DNA of 64,000 nt from Epiperipatus broadwayi (Eukaryota > Animalia > Onychophora): positions 9,920,001 through 9,984,000 of the forward strand of contig JAQFVV010000007.1 in assembly GCA_028023455.1 (NCBI GenBank), in the 5' to 3' direction. The notes under the pieces were generated by a model. The model did not search any database. It was not told the DNA's origin and saw nothing but the letters and a program-made list of their open reading frames with translations. A program made the translations under genes and the position numbers. This document shows positions 50,854-64,000 of this stretch, piece after piece (within the stretch, counting starts at the first letter, position 1; each line of letters begins with the position of its first letter).

Positions 50854-51002
50854 GGCAGGATGCTCAGTTGGTTAGAGTTTTATCTTGAAATTTAATATTC
50901 AAGAATTTAAGATCCAGATTTGATTCTCATGTTGGTACTGTCACTGGTCAGACCAGCAACACCTGAAGAAGAAAGGAGAATAAGACTTCTCAAAAGGTCG
51001 TG
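50854..51002 (+). mobile_element. tRNA-headed SINE-like copy ending in a hammerhead-like motif
   Basis: A-box-like gatgctcagttggttagag and B-box-like gatttgattctc, then cac-CTGAAGA...GAGAA(taagac)TTCTC-AAAA-g-GTC-gtg. Confidence 0.45.
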
Positions 51003-51260
51003 CATATACTAACCTGTGTGCTATTACTAACAGTTGAATGTATTTTCAAAATTTAAATAAAGTTAACTTTTTCTAAAGACATTCACTACTCAATACTAGA
51101 TAATGGAAAGAATTCAAGATATAAACACAACTAAAATACCATCATTGCAAATCTTCATGAAAAATATATTTCTGTCATCAAGGTATAAATTTACTAACTT
51201 AAAAGAGATAATTTAGAAAAGTTGTAATGTTCACAAAATCTATCACACTACAGTTTTCTT

Positions 51261-51263
<3 letters not shown>

Positions 51264-51303
<40 letters not shown>
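51264..51303. repeat. (AT)n microsatellite
   Basis: About 20 perfect units. Confidence 0.95.
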
Positions 51304-51307
<4 letters not shown>

Positions 51308-54300
51308 TTCTACACATACAACAATGTTTACACAACTTACTTTAATTTATTAATTTTAAAATATAACTACGTATACGTTATTATATGCATACAGATTTGA
51401 TTAATTAATTAGTGTATGCAATATAAATACACACACATACTCATTAATAGAGCTTATTACATACTAATATATAGTGGATTTTAAAGAATATATGTGAACT
51501 TGGTTTAAACTAGAAAAGAATACTACTATAGATTATAGTAGATGGAACTGGATGATAAAGAAATCATCCTGTTACACAGGGGACCCTATATAATGTTTTG
51601 AATTATTGTAGACTTATAGTAACCAAGTTTCTTTTAATTACCTTTAATTTAATTATTTAATATTGAATTTATTTTAAAATTACAGTAGCTTGGATCATCT
51701 ATATAAAAGTATTTTCAAGAACTTAAATTGAGTATTCGCTTCAGTAGGTATAAGGTTAACATATTTTCTTAATAGTTTACATTCCAGTTTTTTTTATTAA
51801 TTAACTAAAATTTTGAATGAATGCAAAATACAATGTGCACTAAATTATCTTCATAGTCAATAGCATGTAAATTAAGAAATGTAACAACTCATAAAGGTTA
51901 AGCTTTGGTAATTCTTGAATTTCTTTGGTTTTAAACAGAATGCATCCCTAGAGTTGATATTTCAGAGTGCATATCTATTAGTTGAATTTGACAAAACATT
52001 TGTAAAATATATTAAAGATATTTTATAATGTGAGGATATATTATATTTTATGTTTGTAAATATTACTCCTAAAAAAAAACCTAAGTTAAATCACCATTTT
52101 TATTAAGATTTAAAATATTTGGCAAAGAGTAACATTATAGCTTGAACTTTACAAGATGCCAATTCTTTTCAGTGAGTAATACTGTATTAGTACATTTGTA
52201 AGCCATAGAAACATTTGCTGGTTCAGAAATTTTACTAACTCTCTTTTTTAACAGCTAGTACAGCTTCATTTTATTTTCTTGCAAATGATTTGTGTTTATA
52301 ATTAAAGAATTTATTACATAACAAGTAGAAAATATTAATTTTATTTTCTATGAAAAAGTTTAACTTAAAAAACTGGTTACCATCATTCACATTTTGAGGT
52401 TTAGCACAGAATTAGAGTGGTGGATTAACTAGATCCTTGAATTATCTTTCAGATGGAAAACTAAAATAAACTCAGTTCAGTTACTTGATGAAACTTTTAT
52501 GCTTAAATTACCATTTAGATTTTTAAATGTCACATGGCCTTCCAAGCAACTAATCGCACAAAATATTTGTAAACATTGATATATCAATGGAGCTTTATTA
52601 CTTAGTTTGGTACATTAGTCTTCCCCATATCTTCAATCTTTTTATTTATAGTTCCAGTTATTTACAATTCAATATATATAAAAAAAAATTTAAAAAAGTT
52701 AATTTTAAAAAAGTTTAAATTCAACACACAGTTAATGAAAATTGATCTGCTTCCCTTCTATTAATATACATTTGATGTTAATTATTTGCGCACCTATATT
52801 ATACCGGTCGAAATTGTATGTTAACTCAACATGACTCTCAGCCTGGATAAAAGTACCTCGAATCCAACCATATGCGAGATCAAAGATCAAAAATATGTAT
52901 GGATTCTGCCCTGTTTACCTACTCTCTAAATCTACCAATTAATTAACAACATTTTCAAGGCAAGCAATTAATCATCTCTAAACTCCGGCCGGCAGCATCA
53001 ATGGTGGAACATGAACTTCGATTAATTCTAACATTTAACTCTAATATTTATTCTAATTACACCTATTCATGAACTTCAAAATAGGCATGATATGTGTGTG
53101 ACTTTGAGTCATCGAATAGCAGCACAATAATTAAATAGAAATGCTAATTTTAGAATAATATTAATGAAAACAAACCACAGGTAGATTAAATTCACATATA
53201 TATTTAATAAAAACATCTGTATAATTCTTTAATGTCTAACTGATTTATTTCATTATTTGTTAACATTAATTTTGATCATATCACTTATTATGCCTCATGT
53301 AAGGGAGCGATATAGTTTATATGCCAATTTAAACAGATAAAATGATTAAAGTTCTATGGTAGATGCCCACTCAAGTACGTAATATAAGAAACAAATATTT
53401 AACTGCTCTATTTTGAGTAACTTTAATACAAATAAAAATTATTCTAAGAGAGAAATAATCTGATCATATTTTTAGGAATTGGTTTCGAAGAGAGTGACAC
53501 ACTATGTAAGCGGATTGCGATATTCACAACTAAATACTTCACTGATAGTAAAACATAAATAATATGATCAGACCATTGTCAACCCACCATGATGTGCTCA
53601 GAAACAAAAGAAATTAGTCAGACCCAGCATTTGACATGAAATCACCGGCACAGATTTAATTTCCCTGCCTCATTCTAGTGATGCCAAGAAATAAAGACGA
53701 ATAGTCTGCGCAATCAGCAAGCCTCAAGATATTTCAGGTGAAAGATAGGGAATCGCCAAGGCTTGCTAAGCTCAGCTTGCCCTGTGTCTTCCCAATTTTG
53801 TCTTTCATATCCTGACCTACATTTTTAGCCCATGAATTGATCACGTGTTATAATTCTGATACAACAATCAAAAGACAAAACAGGCAATCAAGCAAAGTGC
53901 TGGTGAGGTAAAATACAAATACTGGAAAAATGGATTTTAAAATTAGATATGAAAATTGTTCTGTGCCATGAAAGATTTTACTGATATTATATGGAGTGAC
54001 CAAGATCGGATCAACACAAAATAAGCCTAAATATTATTATGAATATCATTTTTCTGGGCGACACATCTTTCCCTTCAAAACAAAATCCCATCAATCCCAC
54101 CAATATTTTTAATTTAACATTTTACATTCTCCCTTACTGTTTAGCAAGATGAAACTTGCTACTCCCCCCTTTCATTCTTTGAAATGAAATAATATAATTA
54201 AATAAAATTTCATACTTGACTCAGTGTCTCCCCCAAAACTAAATCGTATACGCATAAATATTTTCAAAATATATATAGTAAAACAAAATTATTTCACCTC

Positions 54301-55689
54301 GACATGTAATAATCATTTAGGGCAAAGAGTTATTTATTTACCAACAGACATTGATTGGGAAATAGGAATCAAAATTATTTAATTATAAAATTTTTCTCGA
54401 GATGGAATAAATTGGCATATAGATATCATTTTAAATCAGACGTTTATAAATCTTTAACAAACGCATTCATAAGTAAATAATAAATATCTTTCTAAACCAC
54501 TTTAAGAGAAAAGTTTTGCATTAATAGAGACATAATTTTAAGACAAACAGAGTTAGAGCAGAGACATTAAATTTAAATTTATAGCAATTCAAGGTTACAA
54601 AGTTTAGTTAATAAAACATTTACATTTAATCATTTAAGAAGACATTTAGTTGTAATGAAGAATAAATCAGGTAGTTAGAAATGAACAATTGAAAAAATAT
54701 TACCTAATTTATTCTGAGTCCCTTTTGGAAATCTAGGGCCCATGATGAAATACGAATTTGGAGTGGTCTTTCATTATTTCTGCACAGGCATAGCTAGCTA
54801 TGAGTTTGATTTGAGTTCAACAGTTCGGCAGTCCAAAATTCAAACATTTGACAAAATTTCTGCAGCTTTATGGTACTTTGGCAATCATACTTGGAACAAT
54901 TGGGGAAATGGGCAGGCTAAGAACCATTTACCTCACTACCATTCTTCTACACATATTTATATTTTTTTAAAAATAAAACCGGCATGGATTTGCCTTGCAC
55001 TGACTGAACGAATCTATGACTGACTCACTCCTATTGTTCTCATGGGCTATTTATACATTTTCAGAATACCTTTTGAAAATTTCCCCTTTTTCATTTGCCC
55101 ATGGCCAAGTGGATGTATAAAATTTAGCCGATCGTAATCATCGATCTAAAATATTTTGTATTGCATTCTTAAGTTCCACTCTCCCGATAAACCCAATGAT
55201 TTTATTGTTTCAAATCTATTTTTAATTTGATATAGATTTGAAGAATTTTTCTTTCAAATATCTTTTCTGTTTTACTTTTAATTTAATTAGAAATTCTATT
55301 ACTATTTTGTTAATAAAAGGCAGAAAAGTAAGGAAATGGAAAATATGGATAATAAGAAAAATTTGAAATGATACATAGAAATAAGCAGGTTATTAGTGCT
55401 AAGATATTTCATTATAATTGTAAAACTGAACCAGTTATTACTGTAATATATTTATAAATAGATTCTGTTAATATCAAATAAGATAATTTGGGTAATTGCT
55501 TTGTAAATTATGTAAAAAAAAAATGTTCGAATATTAGTCCCATATGACTTAAAATGCAACTGCACGATTTAACATTTTTTTATCAATATTATGATTTGAT
55601 TATTTAGTAATTTTTCTTTCTGTTATAAATGGCAATATATTAATTTTTTTATGATATATAACTTTAGGTATTTTTTTTAATATTATGTG

Positions 55690-56640
55690 ATGTGATGTAC
55701 GGTGACTTCTCCTTAAACAGAGTCAGGAATCTCTCAGCACCTATGTCCAGAGAAACCTGTTAGTCACTTTACCTTCCCTTTCCATTCCCTACCCTAAGTT
55801 TTCCCATAATCTGCTCCATTCCATTTTCACAACATAATCTTTATTAACTCTATGACCATTATATCTAAATCCCCCTTATCTTTTCCCAAACCAAGCATAA
55901 AAAACAATAACCCACTTTCTGTATAATCACTTTGTTGGTATTTATTCTTCCATAACTTCATTATTTGTACCCTTTCTGCTTTCAAGCATTTACATTAAAT
56001 TAACATATGGTTAATATTTTCTATGCCTTCCTTACACAGTTTGCAGACTTAATCACCCATATTTTTTCATTTATGTGTATATTCTCTTGTTGCTAAAGAT
56101 CCTGTTCAAACCTTAAACAATAAACACTTTCCTTGCTATTATCATAAATTAACTTGCACCCAATGTTACATTTACTTCTATATATACTTAAACTCTTTTA
56201 CTCTCCATACTAGTTCTCCATCTTTCCAACTCCTTATTCCTTATTAATGCATTTATTCTTCTATCCCATTTCTTACCACTATAAACACTCAACAATCCTC
56301 CTAACACAATCATCCCACCTTTTGTACAAGTATATTGATATAAATTCTTTATCCAAATCTTCTGCATACCACATTACCTTTTTCACCCATCTTGTTGCCT
56401 TCCCTTTACTCATAACCCAATTAGCTACTATTTTGGCTATTCTTTTATTATCCATAAACTGCAACCTACCAAACATTTTCATTTTACTTTTTGCATCTCT
56501 CATATAAAAACACGATCATCCCATTTTTCCTTGAATTGCCTCCTTTGCTGTCCACATATCTGCATCTAATGCATGTCTTCCTACGTCTTTTTGTACTTTT
56601 TCTAAGTAATTTAACACCCCTTTATTAATACATAACGCAA
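55690..56640 (-). mobile_element. LINE 3' remnant (L2/Jockey-group, similar to tick-type LINE RT C-termini)
   Basis: LEKVQKDVGRHALDADMWTAKEAIQGKMG*SCFYMRDAKSKMKMFGRLQFMDNKRIAKIV resembles LE..QR.VGR.ALGA......VQG.MGW.SF..REA.SK. Confidence 0.7.
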
Positions 56641-58099
56641 TTATTACCATATGAAGTCCAGGAACTTCGAAAGCGTTCAGAGCAGATTAACATATTATTT
56701 TACAATATTAAACTTCTCTAACCTAAGCCTGTTAGCGCAGAATTATTGATATTAACATCAATAAAAATATATTACATATTCATGAGTATTTTTATGTTTA
56801 TATTACTGTTTTTACTTATGCATGTGTGTAGATAAATAAAAAATTAAAAGTATTATAAAATATACATTTAAATAAAAGTTAGTTATTCATTTATAATTTC
56901 AATGAAATAATATATTATTATATAAACATTTGTAACAATAACAAAGTCATTACTTTAATAAAAAAAAACAATATATTATTTATAAAGAATATACATATGT
57001 AGCTTATTATGCGTTCTTATATATATTATATTTGATGTTAATAAGTTTTATGAATTTTAATTTGCATTTTGAGAGTTTGATATATATATATGTTCTTGAA
57101 ATTTATTTTTAACTTTATTTGCTTATTGAAATTCCCCTCCCCGGTTTAATATTTTAATTTATTATTTTGTTTCAAGAGTTTTAATGTTATCTCACTTGAA
57201 ATACACTTATTCATACTTGTTCGATTTAAAATATCTGTCATGTTACTTGCATTAAGCTTAGAGGGAATTATTTACTGTCGACGATTAACCTTCTGAGTTC
57301 TCCGTAATGTGATAAAATATTATGTCGAGGTTGGGATAAATATCTGGTTCTTATTTTACACGGTGTATGTCTGATATATAGTTTTGGGGATTTATAATCT
57401 CACTACAGTATTTGGTCAGTTTGTGTAATGTTAAAAAAATGTTAATTAATACTTTGTACTTGTATAAAAAATAATTACAATGTATAAATTCAAAATAGAA
57501 AATTTAAAATATGAAATTGGAATATAGCAAGAATAAAATATATATATTATACACATATTATTGCTGTTTTTGTATATTAAAATGCATGTATATATGTGTG
57601 TGATAATACCAATTATTCATATAGAATGAAAAGCTGTGGTATATGCAGTGTCAGTATATACTATTTCAGTTATATGCTATCCAAAAGAAAATTCAATAAA
57701 GAAATAAAAAGTCAGTAAAATTCATAAACTTAATAAGTTTTACAATAAAACAGGAGCCATTTGTTCAATCTCACAGTGCCATATCAATCATGTTTATTAA
57801 AAACATTCCTTTTCCTTAAGTCAATAACACTTACATTTTATGCTTGCCATTATTAGCACTTCCAAATGTGAATTACAGTATTTTATGTAATAACAGATGA
57901 AATTTAAGAAATTTTCTAAAGGTTGTATGTACAAAAACATGAAAACAATTAGAGATAGTGTAGTTTTCTGATAATAAGACTGCTATTACATTAATTACAT
58001 TTTAATATGCAAAATAATTATTGAAGATAAAGGATATAGCCTAGAGTATATTAATTGAGATGAAACTAGGAATTTTATTATTTATTTTATTTAAAAAAT

Positions 58100-60850
58100 A
58101 AAGATTATCATCATCATATTGTCATCCATTATAAATTCACTGCAGGATGGTCTCTCCAAGTTCAGACCATCTTTTCTAATCTCTAACCTCTATTCTTCAC
58201 ATCACCCCTGCACACTTTTTTATTTCATTCATTCATCTCACATATAGTCTCTTTTTGTATCTTTTACAATCTCTTGAAATCCAATTTACGATTTCAACTG
58301 CTTATCTATTATCAACTCTTTTGGAAATATGTCCAGTCCAACTCCACTTTAGTCTCTTAATTCTTTCAATGATATCAGTAACACCTGTTTGTTCTCTTAT
58401 CCATATATTTCATTTTTGATCTCTTTTTGTTAGTTCTAACATGCATCTTTCCATACTTCTTTGAGCGGTCTGAAGTTTCTTTAATGCTCTTCTGTTAAGT
58501 GCCCACATCTCAGATCCATAAGTAAGAACTGGTAAAGCATAGATCCATAAGTAAGAACTGGTAAAGCATATTTATTAAAAAGTTTCCCTTTCAAACATAT
58601 AGGCATACTTCTTTTTAATATTAAGTTATTTCTACCAAAAGCACTCCAACAAAATTTAATTCTAATTTCATCCATTATGTTTCCACATGTAGTAATAATG
58701 ACCAAGGTATTTGTAGTTGTTATCTTCTAACTCATCATTATCAATCTTTATTTTCATCTTTTGAGAAAATCCATTGAACATTACTTTAGTTTTTTTTTAT
58801 GTTTACTTTTAGTCCTGCTTTATTATTTTCAGGTGATAACCCTTGCAACATTTCTTGAAGCTCTTAAGTATTATTTGCAAAACAATTACATCATCTGCAA
58901 ATTCTAAATGATTTAAATAATTTCAATTTATTTTTATTTCTTTGACTTCCATTTTAAACCACAAAATACTTCTTGCAGAACTGTTGTAAAATTGTTTTGG
59001 AAATATGAAGTCACTCTAATGTACACCCTTTTCAATGTTAACTTTACTAGTGTCAGAAAGTAATCTCATTGTTGCTGTTACATATTCATAAATATTCTTT
59101 AGAATATGACAATATCCTGGGTCTATATCTTGATGATTTCAATGCTTTAATCACTGAAGAAATGCTTATAGAGTCTAATATTTTTCATAATCTATAAATC
59201 CAAAGCATAATAGTAACTCATATTCATTAGTCCTTTCTATAACTTCTCTTAATACTTGAATATGATCTACTGTACTAAGACCACTTTTAAATTTAGTTAG
59301 TTCTTTTGGTTGGTTGTAATCCATTGTTCTCTGAAGATGAGTTATAAAAGACTGATAGCTCTGTAATTTCTAATATTTTCTTTATCACATTTTTTAAATA
59401 TTAATATTAATACTCCATTCTTCCAATCATCTGGTATATCTTTATCATTTAGAAATTTGATATATAACTTTGCCAAAAAAATTTCTATTTCTTCACTCGC
59501 TTCTTTTAAGATATCAATTATAATTCTACCATTATCTAGAGCTTATCCCTTCTTCATAAATTTAATTGCATGTCTCACTTCTTCATTTAAAATCCTAGGC
59601 AATTTAGAAGATATAATAGCTTTAAAACATTCTTATTCTTTATAACTATATAATTCTTAACAGAACTTTTCTTCACATTTCATGATGTCATCTTTTTTTA
59701 GTAATAGTTCCATCTTTTTTTTATTGCAGATATAAGTTTCCAACCAATACCAAAATGTTTTATACTTTTGAGACTTATTCTGTTCTATAGCTTTCATTAC
59801 TAGTTCACAATTATACTTTCTTATATTATTATCAACTTTTTTTGCATCATTTTACAAAATTCGAGATATTCAATCCTTATTAATGAATCATTTTTATATA
59901 TTTTCATATTCTTTCTTTTTTCATAAATTTGCTAGTCTCAATAGAAATTTTATTGGTCAATTACTGCTTTTCTACCAGCTATCTTTGTTGCAGTTTTTAA
60001 AATTGTATCAATCATATTCCTATTGATTTCAATCAAATCTGAATCATATTCAAAATCTGCTAAAATTTGAAAACTATTTGCAAGTTCTAATTTAAAATCA
60101 TTAGAATACTTCTAAAGGCTAGGAATATCAACTGTGAATATTGTTTTATTAATAATTTTTGTCTCTCTAGTTTTGAATTAACATATATCTTACATCTCAC
60201 TAATCGATGATCATTCCTCTGTTGAATTTATTAAGAACATTACAACTTGAAATATGCATTTTTTGTTAATCAAAATTTAATCTAATTCTGCTGTATCTTC
60301 ATTTGGATGCTTCCATGTCCATTTACTTTTAAAATTTTTCTCAAAAAAAGGATTCATAATATAAAGGTTTTCTTTCTTTGCAAACTCCACAAGTCTATGT
60401 CCTCTCTCATTTCTATTTCCATAACCAAATTCATTTTTTTTCAATTGTTTGCCAATTCTAGCATTAAAATCTCCCATAACCATTTTAAAATGTTGTTTGG
60501 TCTGAACGTTTTGCATATTTATATAAAAATCCTCTACTACTTCATCATTATAAGAATTTGTTGAGGCAAAAACCTGAATTATCTGCAATTGGTATTTGCT
60601 ATTAAGTTGAATAGCTAATCTTTCCACTCTGATATATCATCAATCTTCATAATATTATTTGTCCACTTTTTAAATCAATTGTTTCTTCACCTTTTTGTCT
60701 AACTTCACAAAGTAAAGTAATGACCCATTTAATGTAAGACAGTCTTCTTCCAATTCTTGCAATTTTCCTTCACTTAAAAGTGATATGCAATTGTAAGTAA
60801 CTAAATAAGAAGTCATCATCAAATGGAAGTCTGGGACTGCAATCAGGATA
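58100..60850 (-). mobile_element. Near-full-length decayed RTE LINE, same family as 35030-39297
   Basis: IIQVFASTNSYNDEVVEDFY...MVMGDFNARIG...FGYGNRNERG...WTWKHPN (APE), RT motifs, a (GAT)-like tail near 58105 and a 29 bp internal tandem duplication at ~58512-58570. Confidence 0.92.
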
Positions 60851-61974
60851 TACACAGTTAATGTATATGTAAATGTGCTACCTCAAATTATTGTTCATAA
60901 TTACATTATTATTTTGTATTTTTTCAATTTATATATGCATACAATACATACAAAAAGCATTTGTTTTATATATGTACACATTGAAAGGTATTGTATACTT
61001 GTAGCCCAATAAACATTGCATATTGTCTTGTAATCAAAGTTTATCAGTAAAATCTGAGCTATTATATAAAATGTCCACAAGAGGAAATTTGGATAAAGGA
61101 GAAGTTATATTTTATCATGTCACATGGTGTGTATTATGAAAGAATTGTCATTAAGTAAAACATGCCACTGCCAGTAAAAATAAAGATTATTTAGCAAATA
61201 TGTAGGGAATTTAAATTAGCTACTAAAATTAATTGGGAATATTAAGATAATTTAAATTAAAAATGAAAGGAGTACAATTGCAAAAGAGAGATAGAGAGGT
61301 TGGATATTAGGAAATGTGAAAAAGTTAATAGAAAATTTCAAAAAATATTAGATAAGCAGGGAGATTGATTTTTCTCTTTAGTTGATTTTGTAATTCAAAA
61401 TTACACACCTTTATTCACCTGCATGACAAAGTGGTTTCTTTCTTCTTTATAACCTAAGCTGAGTGAATTTTCAGTGAAGTAGTTATAATTATGATGAGAT
61501 TCCCTAAAAGTGCACTCAGCTTTAAATTACAAAAAAGAAAGAGACCACTTGATTGCACAGATGAACAAATTTATGCATATTTGAAAAGCAGGAAAAATAA
61601 TATTTTGGAGAATTTTAAATGAAAATGAAATAGAAATATATAGAGTTGGAATGAAACTAAAAATAAAAAGATTTATGTAGCCGATGTAGAGATATGACAG
61701 GTTATAAGTGATAGGGAAATGATGTAACCTATGGAAAAATTGAAAAATGATCAATTAAGAGGGGTAGATGGTTTTACAACAAAATGGTAAATAGGTGTTA
61801 AAATTAAATATTTATTATTATGTTTTAATACCATTTTGGCACATAGAGATTAGACCATTATTAGGATGAAAATACTTTATGAAAGTGGGGATAAACATCT
61901 AAAACATTTGGATGAATATAGATTTTGGATGGAGTAACTTGTATATATTATTTGAATATTTTATTAATAAACAT

Positions 61975-62085
61975 TTTTTGAGAGATCATAAGAAATCCCA
62001 GCAATGGAAGTCCCACAACTGGAATCAAACCTGAGATTCTACAGTTCAGAATCTGATGCTCTAGTGCACTGGACCATGCAAGACA
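61975..62085 (-). mobile_element. tRNA-derived SINE copy with the clearest tRNA(CTG)-like head
   Basis: gcatggtccagtgcactagagcatcagattctgaactgtagaatctcaggtttgattccag... Confidence 0.6.
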
Positions 62086-62375
62086 ATATTTATTATAGAT
62101 AGGATTATGAAAATTAATGTACTATAGAAGGAAAAGTATAATGATTTTAGAAAGATTGAAGGACTGAGAAAATCCAATCTGTTTTGACACAACTGATAGA
62201 AATGTCTTATAAACTGGATACAAGATTGGATATTGAAAAACACATATTAGGACTATGGTGGTGAAATTATGAAAGATTATTAGAAAAAAAAATATGCATT
62301 GCATTCTATAGCAGTTATTATACATATATATAAAGAATGTGTTTGTTTAGAGTCTATGAAAGTGCAATAGATCGG

Positions 62376-62406
62376 ATATATATATATATACCTATATATA
62401 TATATA

Positions 62407-62444
<38 letters not shown>
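62376..62444. repeat. Interrupted (AT)n microsatellite
   Basis: Direct reading. Confidence 0.95.
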
Positions 62445-62447
<3 letters not shown>

Positions 62448-63199
62448 AGGTAGAGACAAGAATACTCTTTAGCCCTGGTTTTGTGTAAAATACATTAAAA
62501 AAATAGAGTAAATTAGAAATGATGGATTTTGGGTATAGCACTCCAAGTAAAGAATTGGTTTCAAATGTATTTTTATTATTTTGCTGTAAGATTTATTAGC
62601 ATAATACATACAACTGCAGCACAATTTGAATAATGATTATCATCTTTACAGATAAATATATCAATGTTATTAAAATGAGTCAATGGTTTATTAATTTGGG
62701 AGTTCATAAGAGATTCAAACACTAAAAGTGCAGAATGGCATTGCAATCCATGAACTTTGGTTCCAGAATTTCTCACTCTGTTACTGTACCAAATAACAAA
62801 GGTCATTAATATTTTAAATAATTATTTATTAAATTACATGTTGTATTATTATATTATTACATATACTCATGGAAGTATTATTACACCACTCCATTTTCCG
62901 ACGTATCCAATATTATATCAGCTTTTACATCTCATTTTTAAAGAAATTGATCACATGCTGACTTTGATAATACTAAAATACTAGCTACTTTGGAAAAATA
63001 TGATTTAAAAACTATAAGAGGTTTTATTGAAATTTCAAAAAGGCCAAACAGTTAAAATAAATATAATGAAATACAGCATATGACCATTATTTTATATCTT
63101 TCTTCTTTTAAAATCAGTTTCTTGCAGAACAAAAGGAAATATATAAATTTTTGTTAATATATCTCTGAATTCTCACTAAACAACTGTCTAAAATGATAT

Positions 63200-63820
63200 G
63201 AAATGAACATTGTTTAATTCACATGCAATCACAATCTCGTTATTACCTGAGACACGCTTGTTCTTCATATGGCCTTTGTTTTGACAAAGATGAATACAAT
63301 TTCACCAAAATGTTAACACTATATACAAGTGGAAAGTTAGGTTAAAGATAAGATGGCTGCTTTTATCTTTATAAAAGTCACTATCTTGTGTTGTGGTTTG
63401 AGAGGTCCCTCTATCTGCAAAATAAACATATTGCTTGACTATTATAAATTTCAAGGAACATTTGATACAGGTTAAAACCTGTCTTAAAAGTATTTACATA
63501 TACTTCCTGTGCACTTAATAAATAATTACAACTTTACAATAGTTTATGTATTTCCAGTATAAGGATAGTAATATTAACTTGTAAATCACAAGATTTTGCG
63601 AATGTTAATTTCATGCTCTCAAATCAAGATGCTTCAGATTGAACTATATAAATGGAAAGCTAGGTTAAAGATAAGATGGCCACTCTTATCTTTATAAAAG
63701 TCGCTGTCTTGTGTCATGGTTTGAGAAGTTCCTCTATCGGCAAAATAAATATATTGCCTGACTATTATGAATTTCAAGGTGCATTTGATACAGACAAGTT
63801 AAAACCTGTCTTAAAAGTAT
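63200..63820. repeat. ~325 bp tandem duplication (~1.6 units) with conserved hairpin
   Basis: 63318-63500 is repeated at 63643-63820 and contains aaagataaga(tggccac)tcttatcttt. Confidence 0.75.
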
Positions 63821-64000
63821 TTGTCTATGCAAGAAAGTAATTCATAGTATGACCCCACAAAGATTTTATTTCCATCATATATCCATGAAAATCTTGGAAT
63901 TATATATATATTTGAAAATTTCTGTTTAACAGGTTCACACTTCAGTCAAATGAGTAAAGGTACAAAAAAGGCAAAAGATATTTTCATTTGGCCCAAATTC

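Noticed and set aside
54742-55023. 93 aa ORF as a gene
   Set aside because: No motif recognised and no supporting splice or poly(A) evidence. It is noted only as part of the CpG-retaining block.
1-64000. The 60-120 aa ORFs of the ORF track as host genes
   Set aside because: They have AT-biased composition and no recognisable domains, or are antisense or frame-shifted pieces of the transposons listed above.

Overview
This is AT-rich, repeat-dense eukaryotic DNA. It is probably from an arthropod (inferred from a tick-like LINE remnant and an arthropod-type tRNA-Ser PBS), and its repeats show strong CpG decay. I could not identify any intact host protein-coding gene. Almost all ORF-track entries are chance ORFs or decayed transposon fragments. 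Recognisable elements are: an internally deleted Ty3/Gypsy (Mag-like) LTR element plus a solo LTR of the same family; several decayed RTE LINEs; an L2/Jockey-group LINE remnant; mariner, hAT-like and Merlin DNA transposon relics; a high-copy tRNA-derived SINE, including a tandem array; a retroposed tRNA-Gly; and a Penelope-like (GIY-YIG) fragment. The most interesting signal is a dense set of short non-coding fold-back/tandem insertions with 10-16 bp target-site duplications. Several of these families carry minimal type I hammerhead ribozyme motifs with very short, often palindromic, stem III. One family (A) occurs as hammerhead - 450 nt - hammerhead with no ORF, the layout of a non-LTR retrozyme or non-autonomous Penelope derivative. 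All structures were read by eye. Boundaries are approximate unless a TSD is quoted, and ribozyme activity is untested.
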